The notes under the pieces were generated by a model. It was given only the letters and a program-made list of their open reading frames with translations, did not search any database and had not been told where the DNA came from. A DNA stretch of 64,000 nucleotides, from positions 9,008 through 73,007 of the forward strand of contig CAVURB010000002.1 of NCBI GenBank assembly GCA_963743815.1, read 5' to 3'. The stretch's first letter is position 1. Each line of letters starts with the position of its first letter. This stretch comes from an uncultured Chloroflexia bacterium (lineage in GTDB: Bacteria > Chloroflexota > Limnocylindria > Limnocylindrales > CSP1-4). Of the stretch, positions 1 through 12,274 are shown in pieces. Both the position numbers and the translations under genes were made by a program.

Positions 1-815
1 GGCCTTGTTCTTGTGCTGGCTCTTCTCGTCCTGGATCTCGACCACGAGGCCCGGACGGCAGGTGGGTGATGCGCACCGCCGAATCGGTCGTGTTGACCGA
101 CTGACCGCCGGGGCCGGACGAGCGCTTGATATCGATGCGGATGTCCCGCTCTTCGTCGATCTCGATCTCGACCTCGTCGGCCTCGGGCATGACGACGACG
201 GTCGCGGTGGACGTGTGGATGCGTCCGCTCGATTCCGTCGCCGGGATGCGCTGGACGCGATGGACGCCGCCCTCGAACTTGAGCCGGCTGTACGCGCCGT
301 CGCCGCGGACCTGGACGATGGCCTCCTTGATGCCGTCGATCCCGGTCTCGTTGAGGCTCATCACCTCGGTCGCGTAGCGATGCCCGGCGGCATAGCGCAG
401 GTACAGGCGCAGGAGTTCCGCGGCGAACAGGGCCGCCTCCTCGCCGCCGGCGCCGGCACGGATCTCGAGGATCACGTCGCGGTCGTCGTTGGGGTCGCGC
501 GGCAGGAGGAGCACCTTCAGGTCCTCGATGAGGCGCGCCTCGTCGGCCTCCAGGCGCGCGATCTCATCGCGGGCCATCGCGCCCATCTCGTCGTCGCGCG
601 TCGGCCGCATCGCGCAGCTCGCGGGCGCCAGCCAGCTCGGCTCGCGTGGCCTCCAGTCGCCGGAACGCCTCGACGGTGGGCTCGAGGCGGGCGAGCTCCT
701 TGCCGAGCCGGCGGATCTCGCTCGGGTCGGCCGAGACCTCGGGTCGGGACAGTTCGGCCTGGACGTCGTCGTATTGCGCGGCGATCTCGGCGAGCTTGGC
801 GTCGAGGTCGCTCAT
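1..815 (-). CDS. prfA: Peptide chain release factor 1; C-terminal end lies outside the window; apparent frameshift near 600
   Basis: [18 protein letters not shown] start; [10 protein letters not shown] (PxT motif) and [19 protein letters not shown] (GGQ motif) read on the minus strand. Confidence 0.95.
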
Positions 816-1814
816 GCGATCGCTGGCGGGTCGTCCACGTCGTCGGCGAGCGCACTGCGCTCGGGGGGTTCCACCTCGCCGGCGTCCGGTTTCGGCCCGA
901 AGTCGATGGTCGAGCGCTCGAAGTCCGTGGAGCCCTCGGGGATGCTGTTGCCATCCGCGATCAGGGCTTCCTGCATGGAGGTGATCGCGACCTCGATCAT
1001 GTCGTCCTCGGGGCGCTTGGTCGTGATCATCTGGACGAGGATGCCCGGATACATGATCACCTTGACGAGCGGGTTGCTCCGGAACCGTCGCACCGAACTT
1101 GAGGATCTCGTAGCCGACCGCGGCAAGCACCGGGATGAGGATGAACCGGCTCGCGATCATGATCAGCGGTGGCTGCTTGCCGACCAGCGAGAACGCGAAG
1201 ATCGAGAGCATCACGAGGATCACGAGGAACTCCGTCCCGCAGCGGTGATGCGCCGTCGGGTACTTGCGGACCTCGTCCACCGTGAGGGGATCGCCCGCCT
1301 CGAGAGCGTGGATGGTCATGTGCTCCGCGCCGTGGTACTGGAAGACGCGGTGGATGTCCGGCGCGCGCGAAACGAGGGCGAGATAGCCGAGGAAGATCCC
1401 GACCTGGATGATCCCCTCGAGGACCGGCTGCGCCCAGCCCTGATCGGAGCCCGACGTCGCGACGCTGGAGATGAACAGCGGCAGCAGGGAGAAGATCGCG
1501 ATCGCCACGCCGAACGTGATGAGCAGCATGACGATGATCGAGCCCTTGCCGAGCTCGACGTCATCCTCCTCGGCCTGGACGTTCGCGCTGCGGATGAGCC
1601 AGCGGGTGCCGACGACGAGCGTCTCGTACAGCACGATGAGCCCGCGGATGAACGGCCACTTGGCGGCGCGATGGGCGTGGAGGCCCGAGTCCAGGCGCTC
1701 CGTGGCGATGACGATCCGGCCGTCCGGATGGCGCAACGCCACCGCGATCGCATCGCGACCACGCATGAGCACGCCTTCCATGAGGGCCTGGCCCCCGTAC
1801 GCGTAGCTGGGCAT
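812..1814 (-). CDS. DUF1385 family membrane protein; frameshift near 1090
   Basis: YGGQALMEGVLMRG, VFQYHGAEHMTIHA, HHRCGTEF and LTT/ITTKRPEDDMIEVAI-type motifs; usual position between rpmE and prfA. Confidence 0.88.
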
Positions 1815-1911
1815 GCCGGCAAGTCTACCGGCCATCGTCGCGGGGAGCGGGCGACGCGCCCGCGATCCGGCGCCGCCGCGGTGGCCAGGTCCCGCGCCCC
1901 CGGGAATCACG

Positions 1912-1938
1912 ACGGCCGACCCGTCGAGGGCCGGCCGT
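1912..1938 (-). terminator. GC-rich hairpin downstream of rpmE
   Basis: ACGGCCG-A-CCC gtcga GGG-C-CGGCCGT inverted repeat; weak U-tract. Confidence 0.45.
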
Positions 1939-1973
1939 TCCGGATCGGTGTGGCGACGGGGACTCCCGCGACC

Positions 1974-2186
1974 TTAGCTTCGGGCCTGGCGCTCCAGGCG
2001 CTTCTGGAAGCGTTCGACCTGGCCGGCCGTGTCGATGATGTTCTGCGTGCCGGTGAAGAACGGGTGACAGTTGCTGCACACGTCAACCCGCAGCTCGGGT
2101 CGCGTGGAGCCGACCGTCCACTCGCGGCCGCATGAGCCGCAGTGGACCTTGGCTTCGTAGTACTTGGGATGGATGTCGGGCTTCAC
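1974..2186 (-). CDS. rpmE: 50S ribosomal protein L31, Zn-binding type
   Basis: MKPDIHPKY...CGSCG...DVCSNCHPFFTG. Confidence 0.97.
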   Translation of the reverse strand: MKPDIHPKYYEAKVHCGSCGREWTVGSTRPELRVDVCSNCHPFFTGTQNIIDTAGQVERFQKRLERQARS

Positions 2187-2244
2187 GGTGTGCTCTCCTC
2201 CGACGCCGTCCGTGCAGGGCCATCGCCCCGCCGGTGGTCGCCGG

Positions 2245-2547
2245 CTACGTTCCGGTGGGTTCGGCCGCGGTCAGGCGCGTCGCTGCGGCGGTCTCGACCG
2301 CCTCGACCCGGATGCGCTTCTTGGACTTGGTGGCGTGCTCGAAGTGGACCTTGCCGGTCACGGTGGCGAACACGGTGTAGTCCCGGCCCAGCCCGGTGCC
2401 GGGCCCGGATAGGAAGGTCATCCCCCGCTGGCGCACGATGATCGAGCCGGCCGGGACGAGCTGGCCGTCGCCGGCCTTGACGCCGAGGCGCTGGCCGACG
2501 CTGTCGCGACCGTTCTTGACGCTGCCGCCTGCCTTCTTGTGGGCCAT
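2245..2547 (-). CDS. rpmA: 50S ribosomal protein L27
   Basis: [24 protein letters not shown]. Confidence 0.98.
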   Translation of the reverse strand: MAHKKAGGSVKNGRDSVGQRLGVKAGDGQLVPAGSIIVRQRGMTFLSGPGTGLGRDYTVFATVTGKVHFEHATKSKKRIRVEAVETAAATRLTAAEPTGT

Positions 2548-2552
2548 GTCGG

Positions 2553-3230
2553 TTACTCGTCCTTCTTGGTGGCGCGCTTCGGGGCGCTCTTCTTCGGCGC
2601 TGCGCCGTCTCGTCGCTCGCGGCGTCCGCCGACTTCGCCTTGGCCGCGGGCTTCTTCGTGGCCGGCTTCGCGTCCGCCGACCGCCTCAGCCTTCGGGGCC
2701 GCCTCGGCCTTCGCCGCATCGTCCTTGGCCGTGGACTTGGCCGCGGTCGTCTTGGTCGACTTCGTCGTCGCCTTGGTCGCAGCCTTGGCCGGGACCGCGA
2801 GCTTGGCGGCGAGCTCCGCATCCTTCGCGGCCTGCGCGGCAGCGGCCTCCTCGAGGCGCTGGCGCTCGCTCTTCGCATCCGTCTCGGCCTTGGCGGCCAC
2901 CTTCGCGGCACTCTTGCCGCCGAAGACGATGTCGCTGATGCGCAGGATCGTCAGTTCCTGGCGATGGCCCTTCTTGACTCGGCTCCGGGCCTTGGGTCGG
3001 TACTTGAACGAGATGAGCTTCTCACCGCGGGCCTGACGCAGGACCTCGGCGCTGACCGCCGCGCCGTCCACGACGGGCTGCCCGATCGCTGCCGTGTCCC
3101 CGTCAGCGACGAGGAGGACGCGATCGAAGTTGACGGTCTTGCCGGGTTCGACGTCCAGGAGCTCGACTTCGAGCTCCGTGCCGACCTCGACGCGGTACTG
3201 CTTTCCGCCGGTCTCGATGACTGCGTACAT
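2553..3230 (-). CDS. rplU: 50S ribosomal protein L21 with a long Ala/Lys-rich C-terminal tail
   Basis: [14 protein letters not shown]...KKGHRQELT followed by about 120 low-complexity residues. Confidence 0.97.
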   Translation of the reverse strand: MYAVIETGGKQYRVEVGTELEVELLDVEPGKTVNFDRVLLVADGDTAAIGQPVVDGAAVSAEVLRQARGEKLISFKYRPKARSRVKKGHRQELTILRISDIVFGGKSAAKVAAKAETDAKSERQRLEEAAAAQAAKDAELAAKLAVPAKAATKATTKSTKTTAAKSTAKDDAAKAEAAPKAEAVGGREAGHEEARGQGEVGGRRERRDGAAPKKSAPKRATKKDE

Positions 3231-3236
3231 GGGTCC

Positions 3237-4102
3237 TCAGGATCTGGTGTGGCGACCGCGGGCGACGCGCGTGGCGATCGGGCTGTCGGACATGGGATGG
3301 CGCCCGGCATCGGCCGGGGCGCGGACGGTGGAGTGTACGGCCGAACGGAGGGTTCGGTCAATCGTGCGGCGGGCGGTTGCCATCATGTGGCGGCGCGGTC
3401 GTGCCAGGTCCTCGGCCAGGATGAGGCGCTCGCGGACGATGGCCTCGATCGCCAGCGGCGCCCCGACCAGGTCCGCGAGGGCCCCGATCACTTCCTCCGG
3501 CCGGCCGGTGCCGAGTTCGGGGTGGAACCGCGTGCGCGTCGCGATCACGAGCGGTGGCCCCGGATCCGCGACCGAGACATCGATGACCAACGGTCGGAGG
3601 TCGTAGGTGACCGTCCCACCCCCCTTGGCCCGCTCGCGCGGCAGGTGGTCCGCGGCAAGCAGCGCCGCGCACGCGCGATCGAGTCGAGCGCGGCCGCGAC
3701 CCCGCCCGCCAGCGTGATCCGATAGTCCGCCGCCGCGACGCGGCCCGCCAGCGCCGGGCCGGCCAGCCACACGTCCTGGAGGTCGACCAGCCGCCACCCG
3801 TCGGGGATGACCGGCGAGAGCGCCTCGCGAACCTGGTAGATCGGCAGACGCTCGGTCAGGACGATGTCGAGCAGCTCGCCGTCCGCGGCCATCCCGACGG
3901 GGAGTGGCGCCCCGATCGAGATCCGCGGCGCGCGGCGTGGCCCCCTCGGACCAGGCCAGCGGCAGCGCCGACCCGCGGATGGCCGACTCCCAGGCATCGC
4001 GTCAGTTCGCGCTGCGTCTGACCCGGGGCCGCGGCGGCGCGCGCCAGGACGAGGCGCCAGCGCTGGCGAGGCTCGCGCGTGGATCCCGGGGTCGTCCTGC
4101 AC
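3237..4102 (-). CDS. TIGR03936/DUF2344 radical-SAM-linked protein; frameshifts, start approximate
   Basis: Pieces read across frames: RQRWRLVLAR..QRELTDAWESAIRGSALP / ISIGAPLPVGMAADGELLDI / TGRPEEVI..IVRERLIL; upstream of rplU. Confidence 0.72.
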
Positions 4103-4122
4103 GTCTGGTAGTCTGCCGGACG

Positions 4123-5436
4123 ATGGACGAACCCGACCGGTCGATCGCCGACCGTCCGCCCGCGCCCGGCGCCGGGACGTCCACGACGTCGGCGTGGGTC
4201 GCGACGCTGCCGCCTCCACCGTTCGTCGATCCGGCGTCGCCCGCCGGGCGCTCCCCGGTTCGCGGCGCTCTCACCGCGCGTCGCGCGTGCTGATCGCGGC
4301 GACCGTCGTCATCGGCCTGCTGCTGTGGATGGCGCGCGACAGCCTCCGGCCGTTCGTCGTCGGCCTGCTCATCGTCTGGCTGCTGGATCCGCCGGTCCGC
4401 TGGCTCGTCCGCCGCGGCGTCCGCCGGACGATCGCCATCGCCGGCGTCTACATCGTCGCGTTCCTCGCGTTCGTCGAGTTCCTGAACCTGACCCTCACGC
4501 CGCTCATCAACGAGCTCGTGCTGTTCATCGAGGACTTCCCCGCGCTCGCCGAGCAATTCCAGGGCCAGCTGGAGCGTCTCGGCGAGTTCTACCAGCGCCT
4601 CCAGATCCCCGAGGCGGTCCGCGAATGGATCGATGCGCTCATCGCGAGCATCGGACAGGGCGGCACGGAGGCGCCGACCTTCGACTTCTCGTTCCTGATG
4701 CCGCTCATCACCGGCGCGGGCAGCTTCATCGGGGCGATCTTCGGCTACATCATCCTGCCGGTCTGGGTCTTCTACCTGCTCAAGGACCGGGTGGCCCTCA
4801 CGAACCAGTTCGACGCGTCGCTCCCGGCGGCCTGGCGGTTCGACACCTGGGCCGTCGTCCGGCTGGTCCAGCGCGTGTTCGGGCAGTGGGTGCGCGGCCA
4901 GCTCATCCTCGGGTTCACCGTCGGGTTGTTCACGTTCATCGGTCTCACGATCCTGTCCGATCGTCATCGACCCGATCTTCGGCCGCTACGCGGTCCTGCT
5001 CTCGGTCATCGCCGGCATCCTGGAGCTCGTCCCGATCATCGGCCCGATCATCGCGGCCGTCCCGGCCGTGCTCCTCGCGGCCACCGCCGGCCTCGAATCG
5101 GTCGTCGCGGCACTCGTCCTCTACACGCTCGTCCAGCAGATCGAGAACAACTTCCTCGTGCCCAAGATCCAGGGCGACGCGATCGAGCTCCATCCGGCGG
5201 CGGTGATCTTCGCGATCATCATCGGGGGCGCGTTGGCCGGCCTCCTCGGAGCCATCCTTGCCCTCCCGATCCTGGCCGCGTTCCGTGATGTCGTGCGCTA
5301 CCTGTTCCGACGCCTCAGCCCCGAGGCGCCCGATGCCCTGGCGGCATCGATCGACGGGCTCGGCCTGGATCGCCGGCCGGGCCTGGTGCCCGCCGTGGAT
5401 GGACCCGCGGGTCCCGGCGACGGAGCCTCGTCGTGA
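4123..5436 (+). CDS. AI-2E family transporter; frameshifts near 4290 and 4960
   Basis: Multi-TM; VWLLDPPVRWL, GQWVRGQL, ELVPIIGP, QQIENNFLVPKIQGDAIELHP. Confidence 0.9.
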
Positions 5437-6087
5437 CGGGATCGCCGGATGCCTACAAGACGCTGCAGGTCGATCCCGAGGCGGACGACGAGGTCATCGT
5501 CGCGGCATATCGACGACTCGCGCGCAAGTACCACCCGGACACCGCAGCCAACGACGAGGCCGCAGGCCCGGATGGCCGCGATCAACGCCGCGTGGGATCT
5601 GATCGGGACACCGGCCAAGCGCGCGGCGTACGACCGGGAGCGCGAGGCACGGGCCAGGACGCGCGAGGCGAGCGCGGCCCCGGGCCCCGGCCCGACCGCC
5701 GCCGCAGACACCGCCGGCGGCGACCCGCGACCCCACCGCCGACACCGCCCCGCCCCGAACCCGAGACGGTCTCGCGCGACTGGACGATGGGTCGATCGAC
5801 GATGGGTGGCGGGTACGACCCCTCGATGCGGACCTCGGACGGCCCGGGCGCCGCCGGTCAGCCGCCGGGCAACCCATCCGGGAGCGTCGTCACGTTCGGT
5901 CGATACACCGGTTGGTCGCTCGGCGAGATCGGCCGGAGCGACCTCGAGTACCTCGAGTGGCTGGACCGGGCGCCCATCGGACGCCAGTACCGCGACGAGA
6001 TCGACGCCGATCCTGCGGCGGAGCGGCCGACGCACGTCGGCGGACGACGAGGCCGTGGATCGGCGCGGGTTGTTCCGCCGCCGCTGA
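5433..6087 (+). CDS. J-domain protein with a small C-terminal FGRY..W.L.EI..D..YLEWL domain; frameshifts
   Basis: DAYKTLQV...AAYRRLARKYHPD...MAAINAAWDLIG...RAAYD; no Zn-finger or DnaJ C-terminal domain. Confidence 0.85.
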
Positions 6088-6105
6088 CGATCGCGCCGCT
6101 GACCA

Positions 6106-7336
6106 TCAGCGCGAGACGCCGAGGCAGGCGAAGCCCGTCGGCGGACCCGGCATCCGGCATCCGCGGCGATCGCGCGCGGGATGGACCAGGCGAGCAGGTA
6201 CGGCGCGACGACCGTCGTCAGCACGACGGCGACCAGCACGGCGCTGAACAGACCCGCCGACGAGCAACCCGGCCGCGAGACCGAGGTTCGCGACCACGAT
6301 CCCGACCTCGCCGCGCGGGACCATGCCGAAGCCGACGGTGGCGGCGCCCCAGCGACCCTGCGACCGAGCTCCCAGGAACCCGCCGGCGGCCTTGGTGAGG
6401 ACGCCGACGACCGCCAGCCCGATGGCCAGGAACGCGATGTCCAGATCCAGCAGGGCGCTCAGGTCCAGTTGGGCGCCGGTCACGGCGAAGAAGAACGGCG
6501 TGAAGATCTGGCTCAACGGCCGGATCTCGTGCTCGAGTTCGTCCCGGGCCTCGGTCTCCGCGACGATCAGCCCGGCCACGAACGCGCCGATGATGGCCGC
6601 GAGGCCGATCGCGGCCGAGACGAGCGCGACCGCGAACATCAGGATGAAGGCCGGGACGAGCGGCGTGTCCGCGAACAGCGGCCAGGTGAACACCTCGCGC
6701 TTGAGTCCACGGGCCCGACGCGCGGCCGCGAATCCCAGGCCGACGAGACCGACCGCCGCGACGGCCACGAACAGGGTGGACCCTGAGAGGTCGCCGGTCG
6801 CCGCCCCGGAGACGACCCCGATGAGGATCAGCGCAAGGACGTCGTCGATGACGGCGGCGCCCAGCACGATCCGCGCGAAGGTGCGATCGAGGACGCCCAT
6901 CTCGGCGAGCACCCGGCTCGTGATGCCGATGCTCGTCGCGGCCAGGGCGAGGCCGATGTAGAGCGCCGTGTAGGTGCTCTCGCCGATCCCGAGCCCGATG
7001 GCGACTCCGGCCACGATCGGCAGGATCATCGCGATGATCGCGGTCAGCACCGCCGGGCGTCCCACCGCCAGCAGGTCGTCGAGGCGCACTTCGAGCCCGA
7101 CCGCGAAGAGCAGGATGACGACACCGATCTCGGCCAGGACCTCCGCCGTCTCGCCCGGGACCACGAGGCCGAGCAGCGCCGGGGCCCACGATGAACCCGC
7201 CCAGCAACTCGCCGACGACGGCCGGCTGCCCGAGCCGACGGGCGACCTCCTCGCCGAGCTTGGCCGCCACGAACAGGATGAACAGTCCGACCATCACGTC
7301 GAGCGGCGCACCGGATGCGGTCGGCGACCGGTTCAC
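6106..7336 (-). CDS. Cation:proton antiporter (CPA2, NapA/GerN-like); frameshift near 7170
   Basis: QPAVVGELLGG, AEIGVVILLFAVGLE, ATSIGIT, AAVIDDVL, GMVPRGEVG. Confidence 0.9.
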
Positions 7337-7380
7337 CGAACGTGGGCGAGATCGTGATGGACAGGCAGCATCCGGGGCCT

Positions 7381-8650
7381 CTACAGGTAGCGCAGGTAGA
7401 CGTAGACGGTCGAGACCGCAAGCGACATCCCGGCCACCGGGATCCCGTAGCGCATGAAGGCGCGCGAACGTGATCGGCTCGCCCGCGCGACCGGCGAGGT
7501 TGGCCACCACGACGTTCGCCGACGCGCCCGACGATGGTCGCGTTCCCACCGAGGCAGGCGCCGAGTGCGAGCGACCACCACAGCGGCTCGATGGGCATCC
7601 CGGACGCGCCGAGTTCCTGGACGACCGGGATCATCGTGGCGGTGTACGGGATGTTGTCGATGATCGCCGAGGCGATCCCGCTCAGCCAGATCAGCCCGAG
7701 CGTCGTCACCGTCGCGTCACCGTTCGGTGATGTCGATGAGCCACGCGGCGACCGCATCGACGATGCCGACGTGGACGATCGCCGCGACGAGCATGAACAG
7801 GCCGACGAAGAAGAACAGGGTGGACCACTCCACCTCCTCGAGCACGGTCTGCGCATCCAGTCGTGCCGCCAGCGTCAGCACCGCCGCGCCGAACAGGGCG
7901 ATGGTCCCCGCCTCGAGACCCAGGGGCCGCGCGAGCGTGAACCCGATCATCGTCGCCGCGAGCACCGCCAGGCTGATCCGCAGCAGGCGGCGGTCGGTGA
8001 GCATCTCGTTCTCGTCGAGCGCGAGCACGGCGTCGCGGACCTCCGCATGGACGGCGAAGTCGCGGGCGAAGAACAGGCGCGTCATCCCGAGGAAGACGAC
8101 GAAGATCAGCGACGGCCACCGGCGCCATGTTGAGGAGGAAGTCCTCGAAGCCGAGGTCGGCCGCCGACCCGATGAGGATGTTCGGCGGATCGCCGATCAG
8201 CGTCGCTGTCCCACCGATGTTGCTCGCCAGGATCAGGCTGATGAGGAATGGCAGCGGCGAGACGCGCAGGACGCTCGCGATGTAGAGGGTGACCGGCGCG
8301 ATGAGGACCACGGTCGTGACGTTGTCGAGGAACGCCGACAGGAAGCCGCACAGACGACGCTCAGCACGATCAGCAGCCGATACGGATCGCCGCCGGCCAC
8401 CTTGACCGACCGGATCGCCAGCCACCCGAAGAAGCCCGTCCGCCGCAGGATCCCGGCCATGATCATCATGCCGGCCAGCAGCAGGATGACGTTGAGGTCG
8501 ATCGCGCCGAACGCGTCCTCCTGGCTGACCAGGCCGAGGATGACGACGAGCGATCCGCCGAGGAGGGCCGCGATGGTCTTGTCGACCCGGTCCGTCGCGA
8601 TCGAGCGCGTAGGTGACGACGAAGATGACCCCGGCGAGGACGACCTCCAT
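7381..8650 (-). CDS. ArsB/NhaD (SLC13-like) anion/Na+ permease; several frameshifts
   Basis: SAFLDNVTTV, LASNIGGTATLIGDPPNILIG, SAIIDNIPY, GACLGGNAT. Confidence 0.88.
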
Positions 8651-8656
8651 CGCGTC

Positions 8657-9162
8657 TCAGTCGGCCGTGGCGGAATCGGCTTCGAGCGCCTCGACGTAGC
8701 GCATCGTCAGCTCGAGCAGGTCCAGATACCCGGTCGGTCGGCCCGTCGGCGTCCACGACGTACAGGCCGGACAGGTGTCGCGCGTGCATCCGTCGGAAGG
8801 CCTCGTCGATGGTCGCCGTCTCGCCGATCGAGGCGGGCGGCAACATGACGTCGCCGACCGTCCGGGCCGAGACCGTGTGCCCGAACCGCGCCGCGTCGGC
8901 CAGGTCGGAGATCTCGGCGAGCAGCGACTCGGGCGAGACGCGGACGATCACGGCCTCCGCGAGTCGCACCGTGGACAGCACGCCGATGAGGACACCGCGC
9001 GTCGTCGACGACGCCCAGGACGCGGGTCTGGGGCCGCTCGGCGGCGACGTGCATGACCGCGAGGGGATCGTCACCGGGGTGGACGAGCAATGGCTCGATG
9101 CTCAGGCGGGCGACGCTCTCCGAGACCGGAGTGTGGCGGACGCGGCGGGTGCGCTCGCTCAT
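8657..9162 (-). CDS. CBS-pair domain protein; frameshifts
   Basis: LGVVDD..GVLIGVLS and TVGDVMLPP..IGETATIDEAFRRM...LYVVDADG CBS repeats. Confidence 0.8.
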
Positions 9163-9202
9163 GGCCACAAGGGTACCCGGTCCAGGTGCCACGCTCGTGG
9201 CC

Positions 9203-10367
9203 TCACCACTCGGCGCGTGTCTGCCTGATGTTGATGCTCTGCAGGATCCCGAGCCCGATGGCCATGCTCACCAGCGACGCCCCGCCGTGGGTCACGAACG
9301 GGAGCGGGATGCCGGTGATCGGCATGATCCCCATCACCATGCCCGACGTTGACGACCAGCTGGAACAGGATCATCGAGGCGAGGCCGGCCGCGAACAGCG
9401 TCCCGAACGGGTCGCGCGATCGCCAGCCGGCGACCAGGACCCGCCAGAGCAGGAGCACGAACAGGCCGAACAGGACCATCGCCGCCGATGAAGCCGAGCT
9501 CCTCGGCGAGGATCGCGAACACGAAGTCGGTCGTCTGGACGGGCAGGAAGTCGCCCTGGGCCTGGGTCCCGTTGGTCAGGCCCTTGCCCATCCACCCACC
9601 CGAGCCGATCGCGATCTGCGACTGGTAGAGCTGGTAGCCGGCGCCCTGGAGGTCCTTGTCGGCGGCGAGGAACGACGTCAGGCGCTCCTTCTGGTAGTCA
9701 CGCAGGATGTACGTCCAGGCGATCGGCACCATGGCGATGACACCAGCCGCCAGGACGGCGAGCCAGCGCAGGCTCGCGCCGGACATCCAGAGCATGCCGG
9801 CCAGGATCGCCGCGAAGACGAGCGACGTCCCGAGGTCGGGCTGGAGCATGACCAGGCGCGAGCGGCGGGCCCACCAGCACGCAGGCGCCCAGGATCGACC
9901 CGAGCGAATCGAGCTTGCCCTCACGGCTCGCGAGGTAGTTGGCCAGGACGATGATCATGAGGATCTTGGCGAGCTCGCTGAACTGGAAGGTGAACGGGCC
10001 GAGCGCGATCCACCGTGCCGAGCCGCCCACGCCGCTCCCGATCGCGAGGGTCAGCACGAGCAGCCCGAGCTGGAGCGCATAGACCGGCCAGGCCAGGGTC
10101 TTGAGCCAGTGATAGTCGAACGCGGTCGCGATCAGGAACATGACGACGGCGATGCCGGCCCACATGAGGCCGCGCGTGAACGTCGTGCCGGCTTCGAGGG
10201 GCGTGCTGCCGCTCTCGACGCTGTTCGTGTACGCCATCACCAGGCCGGTGGCGGCCAGCAGGCACGGCGTACGTCGCGAGCTGCAGGTCGAAGGCCCGCC
10301 ACGCGGTCCCGACCGACCTGGCGGCCCAATCGGTGACGCCGACCGGCTCGGCGCGGATGACGCCCAT
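9203..10367 (-). CDS. rodA: Rod shape-determining SEDS protein RodA; frameshifts
   Basis: FQFSELAKI, MLQPDLGT, YQLYQSQIAIGSGG, PVQTTDFVFAILAEELGF, PITGIPLPFVTHGG; follows PBP2. Confidence 0.93.
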
Positions 10368-12274
10368 CAGTCGTTCGTGTAGAAGTTGCCGCGCTTGAGC
10401 AGCTCGGGAAGGCGGTAGTCCTTCTCGATGTCGTAGTGCAGCTGGAAGAAGTACTTCACGATCTCGGTCGCGGCGTTGCCGACGGTCCGCGAGTCGTGCG
10501 CGAAGGCCATCACGACCAGCTCGGAGTCGGTCTTGTTGAACGACCCGTTGACCGGGTCTCTCGGCGTGAACCCGACGAACCAGGACGAGTACGGGAGCCG
10601 ACCCTTGGCGTCCGGTGTCCCGAACTCCGCCGTCCCGGACTTGCCGGCGATCTTGATCGGCAGGTCCACGAGGTTGTACGTGTGGCGCAGCGTCACGGTC
10701 TCGCGCGCGGCGTTGCGCATCACCCGCAGCACGCTGTTCTTCACGTCCAGCTCGTGGAGGACCTTGGGCTCGAACGGCCGGATCACCCTGCCGTCCGGGC
10801 CGACGACCTCGCGCACGATCTGCGGCTGGTACAGCGTCCCGCCGTTCGCCAGGGCCGCGTAGGCATTGATGAGCTGGAGGGGCGTCACGGCGTCATAGCC
10901 CTGGCCGATGCCGGCCTGGTACGTCTCGCCGGCGAACATCGGCGCGCCCAGGGCGTCCTGCTTCCACTCGTTCGTCGGGCACGATGCCGGACACCTCACC
11001 GGGCAGATCGACGCCGGTGGGCTCACCGAAGCCGTACTGGTTCGCCCAATAGCCCAGCCGGTCGCTGCCCGAGCATGCCCGCGACCTGGTAGAAGAAGGT
11101 GTCGCTCGAGTGGCCGAACCCGCAGTAGATGTCGCACGGGCCCCAGCCACGCCGGTTCCACTCGTAGAACTTGGTCGACCCGAGCGTCAGGAACCCCTTC
11201 GTCATGACCTTGGTCGACGGGCTGATCTCCTTGTCGGCGAGGCCACCGGTCCCGGTCACGAGCTTGTACGTGGATCCCGGCGCGTAGTGGGCCTGCACCG
11301 CGTGGTTGATGAGCGGCTTGTCCTTGTCCTCGAGCAGCTCGGTGAAGTCGGCCGCGCTGATCCCGCGGGAGAACAGGTTGTTGTCGTAGGTCGGCAGGCT
11401 GACCATCGCGAGGATCTCGCCGGTCTGCGGGTTCATCGCGATGACGACACCGCGCGTCATCCCGATCTTCTTCATCGCCCAGCGGAGCGCCTTCTCGGCG
11501 TCTTTCTGGGCCTGCGTGTCGATGGTGAGCGTGAGGGACGCCCCAGGCTCGGCGTCGCGAACGGTCTGGAGCACCTGGGTCCGCCGGCCGGTCGCGTCGC
11601 GCTCCACGCTCTCGGCGCCGTAGGTGCCGCGCAGCTCCGTCTCGTACGCGCGCTCGACCCCGACCTTCCCGATGCAGATCGTCCGGCTGGTAGCCGAGCT
11701 GCGCGCAGCTCGGGCAGCTGCTCGGCCGACACCGGGACCGGTGTAGCCGAGGAGCTGCGACATAGAGCGGCCCGTCCGTGTACTCGCGCCGAGCCTCGAC
11801 GACGACCTCGACCCCGGCAGCTCGAATCCGGCCTCGGAGATGAGATTCGCCGTCGCCTGATCGACGTCCTGCGCGACCCTGACGAGGTCGAACGCGGATC
11901 CGGGATTGCCATCGATCGTCGCGTTGATGTCGGACGCGTCCATCTTGAGGAGGGCGGCCAGACGCGTGACGACCGAGTCGCGCAGGGAGTTCGGGCAGGT
12001 CGGCTGGGCGGACCTTCACGGCGAAGGTCGGCACGTTGGAGACCAGCAGGCGTCCGCTCCGGTCGTAGATGAGGCCGCGCGGCGCGGGGATCGGCTCCTC
12101 GCACGGTCCGATTGGCCGTCGAGAGGGCCGCGTACTCCGTGCCGTTCGCGATCTGCAGGTAGAACAGGCGCGCCGTCAGCGCGCCCGACGCCGAGCACCA
12201 CCACCAGCCCGAACACGAGGAAGCGCGACAGTCCGGCGTGCCGGCTCCTGCCGACCGTCGAGGTAGGTGTTCAC
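10367..12274 (-). CDS. mrdA: Penicillin-binding protein 2 (class B); several frameshifts
   Basis: PRGLIYDRSG, GKVGVE..YE..LRG, YAPGSTYK (SxxK), HSSDTFFYQ, IAGKSGTAE (KSG). Confidence 0.93.
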
